Assembly: GCA_963665815.1 (NCBI GenBank)
Contig: OY762463.1
Span: 2,688,001 to 2,752,000, forward strand
DNA from: Candidatus Cloacimonadales bacterium
Lineage (GTDB): Bacteria > Cloacimonadota > Cloacimonadia > Cloacimonadales > JAIOQZ01
Length of the DNA stretch: 64,000 nucleotides
Reading direction: 5' to 3'
Part shown: positions 20,723-31,517 of the stretch, piece after piece
How positions within the stretch are numbered: the first letter of the stretch is position 1
Layout of the letters: every line of letters begins with the position of its first letter
Notes under the pieces: model-generated
Told to the model about the DNA's origin: nothing
Databases searched by the model: none
The model's input: the letters and a program-made list of their open reading frames with translations, nothing else
Made by a program: the position numbers and the translations under genes

Positions 20723-21006
20723 GTTTCCTCATTTCTATATGTATCTGGTTAATTAATAATGCATTAACACTGAACTTATACTTCACTAATATTTTAAGTT
20801 TTAGTCTGCATTTTCAATGCAGAAACTTTATTCTGTCAATACAAAATTGGCTAATTTTCAAAGTTTTGTTTAAAATATGTTAGGATAAATTAATATGACA
20901 TCTATTTCGATTATTCAATAAATAGTACTTATCAATTTGTCTCTCTAATTGCCCTATGACTGTTATAGAAATTCATGTTTCAGTGCAATATCAGAATATT
21001 TTACAC

Positions 21007-21034
21007 AAAAAAACCTTTGAAATTCGAAGGGGTT
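21007..21034 (-). terminator. Probable Rho-independent terminator
   Basis: A-run then aacctttgaaattcgaaggggtt hairpin on + strand. Confidence 0.5.
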
Positions 21035-21048
21035 GAAATATGCATTGT

Positions 21049-21500
21049 TCAATTCAGCTTTTGGAAAACTAACGACAAACTGCACGTTTTCTTTCTTAGC
21101 AATCCGGATAACCTCTTCTTCTTTGACGAATTCTCATGTTTAACCGGAAACATAAAATTCGGACATTCATAGCTTGATGTTATATACTCTATGATCTTCT
21201 GCTGGTAAAGAAATGATATATATGAGTAAACATCAATATCTTTAACAAACACCATCTGGTTCTTCACCATTTATTCAAAATTATCCTGTATACCTTCAGG
21301 GATTTCCTGTTTTCCACAAAATTGAAATAACTATTCAGCTCAGCGTTCATGGAGTTTACTTCATTTTGAAGTAACTCATCCGCTTTCGCTTTATCAGGGG
21401 CAAGGAACAATATTGAAGGATTATAATTCTTCACAGAATTAAGAGATGCAAAATTCAATACAGAAAAAATGAATACAATTATAAGTAGAATTTTGGAAAC
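21049..21500 (-). pseudogene. Possible degraded or frameshifted exported-protein gene
   Basis: Two overlapping short ORFs (21264-21458, 21049-21270); first frame extends upstream into a hydrophobic stretch (VVSKILLIIVFIFSVLNFA) with no clear start codon; terminator-like hairpin downstream. Confidence 0.3.
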
Positions 21501-21607
21501 AACAGTTCTATGTTTAAGTTAAAAAACTTCTCCAAGAATAAAATATATTACAACCTTACTCCGGTTTGCTTAAAGTCAAGATAATAAAGTGGTTACTGTT
21601 ATAATAA

Positions 21608-23518
21608 TCAATCCAGCCAGGGTCTCGCCTGCATGATTTTAAGCTGATCTTCCTCGGATGTAAGAAACTCAATTTCCATTGCAAAGGAACTGTCATTTTC
21701 TGCTTTATAAAGCTTCATAAAGTGTTTATGAATTTTCCTGCATTGTTCAACAAGCTCTATTACTTCTTCATCACTCATAACATGCTTTTTGCCAGATGTC
21801 ATATTAGATGTCCTGATATACTGGATCTCCGGCTCAATACGTTCCTCAAAGAAAGTCACAATCAGCTCATCAGGTAATGCGTTTTCATCAGGATTTGTAA
21901 CTAAAGACTGTCCTGACTGAACATTCACATAGAATCCCTCTCTTGTATTGTCGTAAATATTCTTCGTGACAATAACACCATTATTACGCTCATTCTTTAT
22001 ATCTACATGTACGAGTATTCCCATTGCTATTGCAGAATGATCAATCTTGTGGAACTCTCTCTCCATAAAAGCCCTGTATGTCCAAAGTCCACCCCAGACT
22101 TCTTTAACAACATCCAGATAATCATCTGTTGAGTGATAATAACACTCTGATGAGTATAATCCGGCACCATTAAAGTTTTCCAGATCTTCACTATTTGAAC
22201 TCGATCTCATTCTCAAATCAGAATCTACAGGGAAAGACTCTATCATATTCCTGATTTTCTCAGTGATGTTTTCCGGAAACCTCCCACTTCTTATCAATTT
22301 CTGTATTTCATCAACTTCTACTTTATTGGTTTCAGTGTCAGATGCTGGTCCTGCTTCAGACAACATTTTCTCGATTTTCTCATAAAAAACATTATCTTTC
22401 ATGAACTGGTCATAGCAGTAAAATGGTATAGCAAAACCATCTACAGTATATTGTTCGGTAAGAATAATCTTTAGCTCTCCCATGTTAGCTGCTTTTGAGC
22501 CAACGGATGTACTGTCAGCAAAACCAATATAACTCAGGTTTTCAATGTCATTTACATCCAGATTAACAGGTGGAATGACTGACATAGTCGGTGCTTTATC
22601 CTGCAAGTTTTTCTTGACCTGTTCCATATTGGACTGGCTGATCACATAACTATCTGGTTTAACTATGAACCTGACAGGTTTATCCTTCAATCGTAAAAAT
22701 TCTTCTTTCCCGGAAGCATTTTTGATATATGCATTTGGTATGGAGTTTTGTTTTGCTTTCAGGTTAACATGCGAAAGTGGAGTTTGAGAAACATCTGTAA
22801 TTATTCCCCTTACATGACTTAAATCATTAGGTAATGATCTGAATAATACAATATCATGCATATCGGGTATATCGTCAGCATCCATAAATCTCAGAATTCC
22901 ATAAGAATCACCAAGATTCAATGGAATAAATGTCATTCCCTTAAACAGTTTATCTGTATCTAATGTTTCAATATCTGATAAGTTAAACTGCTCAATATCA
23001 TTTCTGAATTGTTCAGACTGCAACTGACTGCATATATGGTAAAATAACTTATTTCTCGCAACTGGCAGCTCCTTGTTAATCAAATCCCATGTCAGTTTAA
23101 CATATTGAAATGCAACAGGATCGGTTGGCCAGAATTCTATTGTATAAATGCCTTTATCTCCGGATTTACACTCAAAATTATCATGTGCTACGATAGATCC
23201 GGCAAGAATCTGCCTGTTTTCGTTAGAATAATATGCAATAGCGTCGAACTCATCTTCCGGAATCTCATTACCGGTAATTAACTTATAGAATGGATAGTGA
23301 TGATAGAACTTGCTTGTCTTCATAAAGAATAACTTCGGTTTATCTGAATTTATTCCGGTGATCAGAAACTTGCAGACCCACATATCTTTAAGACCGGGAA
23401 CATCATTCTTCACAGACATCTTTTCAAAAGCTTTTCTGCTCATAATCCTGGGATTAACAATCTTAGTCAGATATATTCTTCTTACAAATCTCCAAATTTT
23501 CCTGATGCTCTGTTTCAT
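21608..23518 (-). CDS. PEP/pyruvate-binding (PPDK_N ATP-grasp) domain protein with upstream phospho-His-like motif; dikinase-like
   Basis: VGSKAANMGEL, RSSSNSEDLENFNGAGLY, MEIEF, IMQARP; TPLSHVNLKA motif precedes the ATP-grasp domain. Confidence 0.78.
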   Translation of the reverse strand: MKQSIRKIWRFVRRIYLTKIVNPRIMSRKAFEKMSVKNDVPGLKDMWVCKFLITGINSDKPKLFFMKTSKFYHHYPFYKLITGNEIPEDEFDAIAYYSNENRQILAGSIVAHDNFECKSGDKGIYTIEFWPTDPVAFQYVKLTWDLINKELPVARNKLFYHICSQLQSEQFRNDIEQFNLSDIETLDTDKLFKGMTFIPLNLGDSYGILRFMDADDIPDMHDIVLFRSLPNDLSHVRGIITDVSQTPLSHVNLKAKQNSIPNAYIKNASGKEEFLRLKDKPVRFIVKPDSYVISQSNMEQVKKNLQDKAPTMSVIPPVNLDVNDIENLSYIGFADSTSVGSKAANMGELKIILTEQYTVDGFAIPFYCYDQFMKDNVFYEKIEKMLSEAGPASDTETNKVEVDEIQKLIRSGRFPENITEKIRNMIESFPVDSDLRMRSSSNSEDLENFNGAGLYSSECYYHSTDDYLDVVKEVWGGLWTYRAFMEREFHKIDHSAIAMGILVHVDIKNERNNGVIVTKNIYDNTREGFYVNVQSGQSLVTNPDENALPDELIVTFFEERIEPEIQYIRTSNMTSGKKHVMSDEEVIELVEQCRKIHKHFMKLYKAENDSSFAMEIEFLTSEEDQLKIMQARPWLD

Positions 23519-23581
23519 ATCATCCTCTATTTGAATAACTTTAACTATATTGTGTAACGTGATAATCCAGAGTCAATAAAT

Positions 23582-23611
23582 AAAAAATCCCTCCGAAATT
23601 CGAAGGGATTT
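23582..23611 (-). terminator. groL terminator
   Basis: aaatccctccg-aaatt-cgaagggattt hairpin with A-run on + strand. Confidence 0.75.
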
Positions 23612-23645
23612 AATATTTTTTCCGCTAAGCGTAAGAGTGAATGTT

Positions 23646-25313
<1,668 letters not shown>

Positions 25314-25346
25314 TTAATTTCTTTAAAATTTTTGTTTCACTTTTTA

Positions 25347-25373
25347 TTAGCACTCTATAAATATGATTGCTAA
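25347..25373. promoter_or_regulatory. CIRCE element (HrcA operator) upstream of groL
   Basis: TTAGCACTC-tataaatat-GATTGCTAA: consensus TTAGCACTC-N9-GAGTGCTAA with one mismatch. Confidence 0.9.
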
Positions 25374-25402
25374 AAATACTATAATTAGAATTTTGTCAAT
25401 CA

Positions 25403-25821
25403 AAAATTAATATTTTTGGAATCCCCACCCGTTTTTTCTTGAAAATCTGACTTCAAGAAAATTGGAAGGATTTTTAGCAGACATTCCTTAGAAAAATGCA
25501 CTCTTCATTTTCTTTGGTGCCAAAGAAAACGAAACAAAAGAAAGGCACTCTTTTTCTAGATGTATTTTCAGCAAGCTGAAACCATAAATCCTCCCTAAAA
25601 TCCTTCCAAGGCTTCAGGATTTCTTAACGGTTAAATTTATTATACAGTAAAAAAGAGAAAATGCTATCATCAATGCAAAACAATCATACTTAGTTCAAAA
25701 CTATTACATTGATTCATATTTTCCACTGACTTACTGTTTTAAAACTTTTATTTATAATAAGTTATACATACATTGTATTTGGTTTTCGGGGGGATGCATG
25801 AAAATTAATATTTTTGGAATC
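25403..25821. repeat. 21-bp direct repeat enclosing a palindrome-rich non-coding element
   Basis: aaaattaatatttttggaatc at 25403-25423 and 25801-25821; internal IRs 25462-25474/25597-25609 and 25508-25529. Confidence 0.6.
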
Positions 25822-26105
25822 GTCTTCTTTTTCTTGATTACTTGGAGTCTGAAGAGCATTTCAAGTTCTTAAAAGGTTAAAATTCCAATTTGCCTATTTA
25901 AACCTTTATCCCGAAAACTTGATACCTCCCCACCAAGGAAACAATTTATTGAAATCCTGTTGAACTTTTTTTTACACACGACAGAGTACTCAAGGGCAGA
26001 GATTATTAACAAGTTTGTGCCCCCTAAACAGGGAGCTGGTTTCGATTGATAAATCGGACTCTGAGTGTAAAGAGGACTCATTATTAACCCACAGTAAAAG
26101 TAATA

Positions 26106-26624
26106 TCAACCTTTCTCCAATACATAATCATCAAGATTTATTTCAGAAAAGTTTATCTCATCTATTTCAACTCTATCCGTAAATAACATTAAATTAGTAT
26201 AACTACTTCCATGTTGACTAATAAAGCGGATTCCCTTGAATCCTTTATCATAAGCAAAATCACTTATTTTCCGTGTGGGTTCATATCCACCACTTCCACT
26301 TTCCATCAACAAACTTCCACTATGCGATGGATTATCTTCACTAAAAGCTTTTAAATCAAGTACCTTATCTAACTTAATATTATTAAAATCAACTTTATAA
26401 GCTTTTTTGTTCTCAGTACCCACTTCTTCAATACAACCCTCCACTGTATTTGCAAAATATAATGAAGCTGTGCCAGACCCATTATATCGTCCTTCAGGGT
26501 TATTTGGATTTGGATCACATGGTTTGTATTGCTTGTCCTTTAAATTGTAGTATGTTCCTGTCTCTTTAACAGTATACTTTGATATATTATTATTGATAAT
26601 ATCTAAATGCTTTTTCCAAGACAT
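26106..26624 (-). CDS. RES domain protein (putative NAD+-consuming toxin)
   Basis: GRYN...LYFA....CIEE, VLDL, YEPTRKISD, GIRFIS...NLMLF pattern with R/E/S residues. Confidence 0.75.
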   Translation of the reverse strand: MSWKKHLDIINNNISKYTVKETGTYYNLKDKQYKPCDPNPNNPEGRYNGSGTASLYFANTVEGCIEEVGTENKKAYKVDFNNIKLDKVLDLKAFSEDNPSHSGSLLMESGSGGYEPTRKISDFAYDKGFKGIRFISQHGSSYTNLMLFTDRVEIDEINFSEINLDDYVLEKG

Positions 26625-26699
26625 ATCTTATCTCCTTTATACATAAATATATCATTCATTATAAATCTATATACTTTTCTCATCAATTTTCATAAAAAC

Positions 26700-27572
26700 T
26701 TAACCTCCAATCAAAAGCCTGTCCTTTGTTATCTGTCTGAAAAAGTCTGCTGACCATAACTCAAGACTGCTTTTGTTTTTGATAAAAGGAAGTACATCCT
26801 GCTTAGCCAGCCTGAAATCTACACTACTAAATCTTTCATCCAGAAGCTCCAGCAAAGTAATTCTATCAAGTATTTTCTCTTTTGCCAGGTGTCCTGACTG
26901 TTTCATCCTGTTTTCAAGGTGAAGCAAATTAATTTTTGTTCCTCGACTCAGATACCAGATATAATCATAGAAGTCACGACCTTTGACTCTGGTTTTCCAT
27001 TTTCTGCACAATATGGCGTGTAATTTACCTGCAAAAAGTGATTCTTCTGAGTATAACCTGACACTGAAAGGTATTGGATTTAGAAGGTATTTAACTATAA
27101 AGTCTGCACCTGCCGGTGGATTAATATCAAGTTCAAGCTTTATCTTCGTCTTTTCATTAGGATGAATGCCATTAATTTTTCCTGAACCGGGAGTAATCTC
27201 CAAGAGAAGTATTTCTGTCTCCGCTTTCATAAATGCAGAAAGTATATTGGTGTTCACTGTCTTCTTTTTGTGCTCCATTGTAAAATCGAACCCAAACGAT
27301 GCCAGCTCATTACGTATGTATTTTATGTATTTTTCAAGGTTAAAATTCTCATCAGGATTCATGAGACTGAAGTCCATATCTTCGGAAAATCTGTCCAATC
27401 CATAAAATATTCTTAGTGCAGTTCCACCATAGAAAGCAGCATGGTTTAAGAATCCACTCCTGAATAATCCAAGCAGAGCTATTTCCTGTATAATCTCTTT
27501 CAACGCATTCTTTCTATCCTCAACCGACTTGATCTCATACTTTTGCAACATTACTTCAATAGCACTATGCAT
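26700..27572 (-). CDS. abiEii: AbiEii-family nucleotidyltransferase toxin (type IV TA)
   Basis: FYGGTALRIFYGLDRFSEDMDF, KLHAIL.R, KGRDFYD. Confidence 0.92.
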   Translation of the reverse strand: MHSAIEVMLQKYEIKSVEDRKNALKEIIQEIALLGLFRSGFLNHAAFYGGTALRIFYGLDRFSEDMDFSLMNPDENFNLEKYIKYIRNELASFGFDFTMEHKKKTVNTNILSAFMKAETEILLLEITPGSGKINGIHPNEKTKIKLELDINPPAGADFIVKYLLNPIPFSVRLYSEESLFAGKLHAILCRKWKTRVKGRDFYDYIWYLSRGTKINLLHLENRMKQSGHLAKEKILDRITLLELLDERFSSVDFRLAKQDVLPFIKNKSSLELWSADFFRQITKDRLLIGG

Positions 27573-28158
27573 ACTTCAGCTCCTTTAGGAACAATTCAGA
27601 ATATGCTGTACATGCTCTTCGCCGATACAAAACTGCAAGCTCCTGTATCTCAATTGGACTCTGCTTCATGAGTTCAGCTTCATCAATCCTCATATCATCG
27701 AGCAGGAAATCTTTCAATTCAGAAACATCTGGGTTGTACCTGTAGATTATATCAAGTACAGCTTTTTCAGGTGTTGCAATCTGAAAATTATATCCTGCTT
27801 CCTGCTTGATATTGATACCTGAGGAATAAGCATCATGAGGAATATGATAGTAGTAGAAATCTCCAACTGCGGTTTCAAAAACTTTGTTCCGGTTTTTCCC
27901 ATATGACGCACAGGTCGTACCGTAAACCGTCTCCGGTATAAGTCCGTAATAAGATAAAGCAGTTTCAAATGACACATAGGAAGGTCCATATATTATGCCT
28001 GATAATCCTTTCAGGGAATATATTTTATCATTGCTGTCCAGATACAAACCTCTTTTAATCTGAATAAGCTTTCTTTCCTTCAATAAGCGTGTTATCTTGG
28101 ACTTTGGAGATGTATATTCTTTCAACTCATCCAGAAGTCCAATACTCGTCTTAATCAT
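27565..28158 (-). CDS. abiEi: AbiEi-family antitoxin / transcriptional regulator
   Basis: IKRGLY, PSYVSFETALSYYGLIPE, IATPEKAVLD; overlaps abiEii start; start at ATG after GGAGG. Confidence 0.88.
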   Translation of the reverse strand: MIKTSIGLLDELKEYTSPKSKITRLLKERKLIQIKRGLYLDSNDKIYSLKGLSGIIYGPSYVSFETALSYYGLIPETVYGTTCASYGKNRNKVFETAVGDFYYYHIPHDAYSSGINIKQEAGYNFQIATPEKAVLDIIYRYNPDVSELKDFLLDDMRIDEAELMKQSPIEIQELAVLYRRRACTAYSELFLKELKYA

Positions 28159-28165
28159 ATTTCCT

Positions 28166-28196
28166 CCAGTAAGTACGTTATTATTATACTTATTGG
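28166..28196. promoter_or_regulatory. Imperfect inverted repeat over abiEi promoter/RBS (possible autoregulatory operator)
   Basis: ccagtaagta(28166-28175)/tacttattgg(28187-28196), 9/10 match; TTGACA on - strand at 28201-28206. Confidence 0.45.
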
Positions 28197-28302
28197 TGCA
28201 TGTCAAGAATATTCTTATTCAGTATTTTATTTCTTTGACATTATTCACAGCATAATTCATATTTAGATAATTCCATAAAAGTACTATTCCTCAGGAGGAA
28301 AA

Positions 28303-28674
28303 ATGTTGAGACCATTTATTAGTAATAATATAGTTTTTGCAATTGCTGTACTATTTATAGTTATAACAGGATGCAGTAGTATTAAACATGCCGAATCGGA
28401 CAACAAGCCAAAGCCATACAGCCCTGAAACACATATTGATTTTATTGTAGAAGCTGTAAACAATTCTCCTGTACAAGTAAAACTAGTAATTTACAATCTT
28501 ACAGGAGAAACTGTATTAAATCTTGTTGATGAAATGAAATATCCTGGAAAATATTCTGTTAAATGGGATGGCAAAGGCCATAATGGTGAAAGCCTTAAAT
28601 CCGGAGTGTATTACTATATAACCTATATAGGTGGAAAAGAAGTGGAGAAAAAGAAATTAGTGCTACTGAAATAA
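28303..28674 (+). CDS. Lipoprotein consisting of one FlgD-Ig-like C-terminal-sorting-type domain
   Basis: Lipobox ITGC; PKPYSPETHIDF...IYNLTGE...WDG...SGVYYY...KKLVLLK. Confidence 0.75.
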   Translation: MLRPFISNNIVFAIAVLFIVITGCSSIKHAESDNKPKPYSPETHIDFIVEAVNNSPVQVKLVIYNLTGETVLNLVDEMKYPGKYSVKWDGKGHNGESLKSGVYYYITYIGGKEVEKKKLVLLK

Positions 28675-28693
28675 GTAATAATCAGGAGGAAAC

Positions 28694-29368
28694 ATGCTGA
28701 GACTCTTTATCAGAAAGGACATATCCCTTGCAATAATATTCTTGGTGAGCGTTTCAATCGGGTGTAGTGCTAACGACCAGACAAATTGCTACAGCCGACC
28801 TAATCCGTTCAGTCCTCAAACATCTATTAATTTTTCTGTTGAATCCCCTGAAAATTTACCTGTTCCTGTTAAAATAGTAATCTATAATCCGGAAGGAAAA
28901 CCTGTCAGAGTACTGATTGATGAAAAGAAATTACCGGGAAAATACTCAATTAACTGGGATGGCAAAGATGATAATGTGGAATTGCTTGATGCGGGAGTAT
29001 ACCTTTTCAAGTTGGATATAGACGAAAAAACAATCAGAAAAGGCAAGATGATACACCAGATCTGGGATAAAAAAGAGAGCGATCGACAAGTTAGGGAAAA
29101 TTCATATCCAGTATCTTCATCCAAAACTGCTAATTTTGTGATAAATCAACAGAATGAAAATCCCGTAGATATTGTAATTGAGATTTATGACACTGAGGGT
29201 GAACTGATTCATACAATTGAACGTAAAGAGCTGGCATCAGGGAGTTATACAATAAACTGGGATGGACTGACAGATGATAACCATAAAGTGGAGCAAGGGT
29301 ATTATTTCTGGAAGTTGATAATCGATGGAAGGATTGTGAAGAAGTCCAAATTCTATCTGGAATATTGA
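28694..29368 (+). CDS. Lipoprotein with two tandem FlgD-Ig-like domains
   Basis: Lipobox SIGC; PNPFSPQTSI...IYNPEG...WDG...GVY, second IYDTEG...WDG...GYY. Confidence 0.75.
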   Translation: MLRLFIRKDISLAIIFLVSVSIGCSANDQTNCYSRPNPFSPQTSINFSVESPENLPVPVKIVIYNPEGKPVRVLIDEKKLPGKYSINWDGKDDNVELLDAGVYLFKLDIDEKTIRKGKMIHQIWDKKESDRQVRENSYPVSSSKTANFVINQQNENPVDIVIEIYDTEGELIHTIERKELASGSYTINWDGLTDDNHKVEQGYYFWKLIIDGRIVKKSKFYLEY

Positions 29369-29479
29369 CAGACTGCACTATTACTTTTTCTCTTCAGATT
29401 AGAAGAATTACAAAGTTGAGTCAACAGCCTTAAATATGCGAAGGACTTTTCTTTTTTTTCTGAAATGGAAAATAATCTA

Positions 29480-29881
29480 TTAATCTTTAATCTGTATTGC
29501 GAATTCGGTAAAATCTTTTTTTATCAAATCTCTAATTTTTCTGAAGAATTCAATATCTCTTCCATCAGGATCTTCGTAGCCCATGTGAACTCTGTGTTTT
29601 ACTGATCCGGTGAATACAGGGCAAGTATCTTTTGCATCTCCACATACTGTAATAACATAGTCGAAATTCTCATTCTTATAATCAGAGACATGCTTCGGGG
29701 AGTTAGTTGAGATATCTATTCCGTTTTCCATCATGACCTTTATAGCTCCGGGATTTACTCGTTCTGAGGGTTTAGTCCCGGCTGAGTAAGCTTCTATCCA
29801 TTCGTATTGATTGAGAAAGCCTTCTGCCATCTGACTTCGGCAGGAGTTCCCCGTGCATAACACTAAAATTCTTTTCAGCAT
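29480..29881 (-). CDS. arsC: Arsenate reductase (LMW-PTP family, thioredoxin-type)
   Basis: LCTGNSCRSQMAEG P-loop, SAGT, ITVCGDAKDTCP, EDP. Confidence 0.9.
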   Translation of the reverse strand: MLKRILVLCTGNSCRSQMAEGFLNQYEWIEAYSAGTKPSERVNPGAIKVMMENGIDISTNSPKHVSDYKNENFDYVITVCGDAKDTCPVFTGSVKHRVHMGYEDPDGRDIEFFRKIRDLIKKDFTEFAIQIKD

Positions 29882-30049
29882 GAAATCCTCAATTCAGTTT
29901 TTTTTCAAACAAATTTTTTAAAGTAATAGTGTTAAGTTTTTTTTGAGAATTCAGAATTTATAAAAAAGATAACCAATTTTATGTTTTTGCATTGACTAAT
30001 TTCAATTTTTAATTCTAATTTTGCATATCTGATAAAGATATTTAAGGAG

Positions 30050-30487
30050 ATGCTTATGACAGTTATTAACCCATACTTAACATTTAATGGAAACTGTGAA
30101 GAAGCATTTGACTACTACAGGAAAATTTTTGGTGGAGAATTTACTTATATCGGAAGATTTTCTGACATGCCTGAGAAACAGCAGATTAATCTGTCCGATG
30201 AAGAGAAAAAACACATCATGCATGTTTCTTTGCCAATCAGTAAAGAGACAATACTGATGGGTTCAGACGCAATGCCCGGATACAACGAAAAGTGCGTACC
30301 GGGTACAGCTGTTTCGTTATCGATTACAGTGAGAACTAAAAAAGAAGCTGACAGAATTTACAATCTTCTTGGCGAAGGTGGGGAAAAGGTGGTTCCGATG
30401 GGAAAAACATTCTGGGGAGCATACTACGGTCTGGTTGAAGATAAGTTCGGTTTTAATTGGATGATTTCCAGCTTTAAGAGTGATTAG
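30050..30487 (+). CDS. VOC family protein (PhnB/YjdN-like)
   Basis: PYLTFNGNCEEAFDYY, IMH, TFWGAYYG..EDKFG..W. Confidence 0.9.
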   Translation: MLMTVINPYLTFNGNCEEAFDYYRKIFGGEFTYIGRFSDMPEKQQINLSDEEKKHIMHVSLPISKETILMGSDAMPGYNEKCVPGTAVSLSITVRTKKEADRIYNLLGEGGEKVVPMGKTFWGAYYGLVEDKFGFNWMISSFKSD

Positions 30488-30598
30488 ATGTTTTAAATGA
30501 TCTTCTGAATTATATAGATTTCCTTTGATTAATATATTGACACATACTGCAAACTCCTGTTTTATTTACTATGCATTAACGACTTACCGGAGGTTAAA

Positions 30599-31378
30599 GT
30601 GAAGCGTTTTTTATTAATCTTTATAGTATTACTGTGTCTTGTTGCAATGCAGAGATCTATCTACAAGATCAATCCTTATACGTGTGACGGGTGCGGCAGG
30701 TGTGTATTTGAGTGTGATAATAATGCAATAATTGCAGACTCCCTTGGATTTTACATTGATGAATCTCTTTGCGATGATTGTGGGGACTGCATTTCCACAT
30801 GTATTTCCAATGCAATCTTTGTCAGGGATGGTCGTGTAAGAATTAGCGGAACCATATTTTCATCATCAACAAGTTTTTACATATCCGGAGCAGTCATTAC
30901 TATTGATTCGGTAACAGTAAACACTGACAGATTTGGAAACTATTACCACGAGCTGAACCCCGGGATTTATAATATAACTTTCAGTGCTGTTGGTTATCAG
31001 GATTCTGTTATTACTTCACAGCCTTTCGAAGGTGATGGGTGTTATCAATATAACATTACTCTGAATGATGAGAACACAAAAGTAAACAATGTCAGCAAAT
31101 ATACAGAAACAGAAATCAGAGTCTCACCCAATCCTTTCAATCCTGAAACAAATATTGAATATTCCATAGAAACAAACTCACATGTAATAATATGTGTTTA
31201 TAATATGAAGGGTCAGAAAATTGTTACATTGCTGAATAAGCAGGTTCAAGCAGGTAAACATAATATTGTGTGGAATGGGAGAAATCAGAATGGAAAGTCT
31301 TTATCTTCCGGAACATATATGATAAGTATGTCTGTTGGAAATCAAGTAAAAACAGTAAAGGCAGTGTTGTTGAAATAA
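30599..31378 (+). CDS. Secreted protein: 2x[4Fe-4S] ferredoxin-like domain + carboxypeptidase-regulatory-like domain + FlgD-Ig C-terminal sorting domain
   Basis: Hydrophobic signal; CDGCGRCVFEC and CDDCGDCISTC; TDRFGNY..L.PG.Y.I..SAVGY; PNPFNPETNI...YNMKGQ...WNG...SGTY...KAVLLK. Confidence 0.8.
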   Translation: MKRFLLIFIVLLCLVAMQRSIYKINPYTCDGCGRCVFECDNNAIIADSLGFYIDESLCDDCGDCISTCISNAIFVRDGRVRISGTIFSSSTSFYISGAVITIDSVTVNTDRFGNYYHELNPGIYNITFSAVGYQDSVITSQPFEGDGCYQYNITLNDENTKVNNVSKYTETEIRVSPNPFNPETNIEYSIETNSHVIICVYNMKGQKIVTLLNKQVQAGKHNIVWNGRNQNGKSLSSGTYMISMSVGNQVKTVKAVLLK

Positions 31379-31449
31379 CAATTCCAGTAATGACATTGAA
31401 AAAAAATGATATTTAATTTGACAATAAAATATCGATTAAACATAAAAAA

Positions 31450-31517
31450 GAACCTCCGGAATTCGGAGGTTCATGTCTAACTAACCTTTGTTGATCCCGT
31501 TTTCGGGATCTTTTTTT
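31450..31517. terminator. Pair of hairpins between convergent genes
   Basis: gaacctccggaattcggaggttc (preceded by A-run) and gatcccgttttcgggatc followed by T-run. Confidence 0.65.

Noticed and set aside
26040-26066. Hammerhead ribozyme (stem followed by GAAAC on minus strand)
   Set aside because: The CUGANGA core is absent
25869-26081. 70-aa minus-strand ORF as RES antitoxin
   Set aside because: No clear RBS or recognisable domain; overlaps the structured non-coding segment; cannot be fully excluded
30050-30487. PhnB-like gene as part of phosphonate metabolism
   Set aside because: The family is widespread with no established phosphonate role, and the gene lies ~9 kb from the cluster
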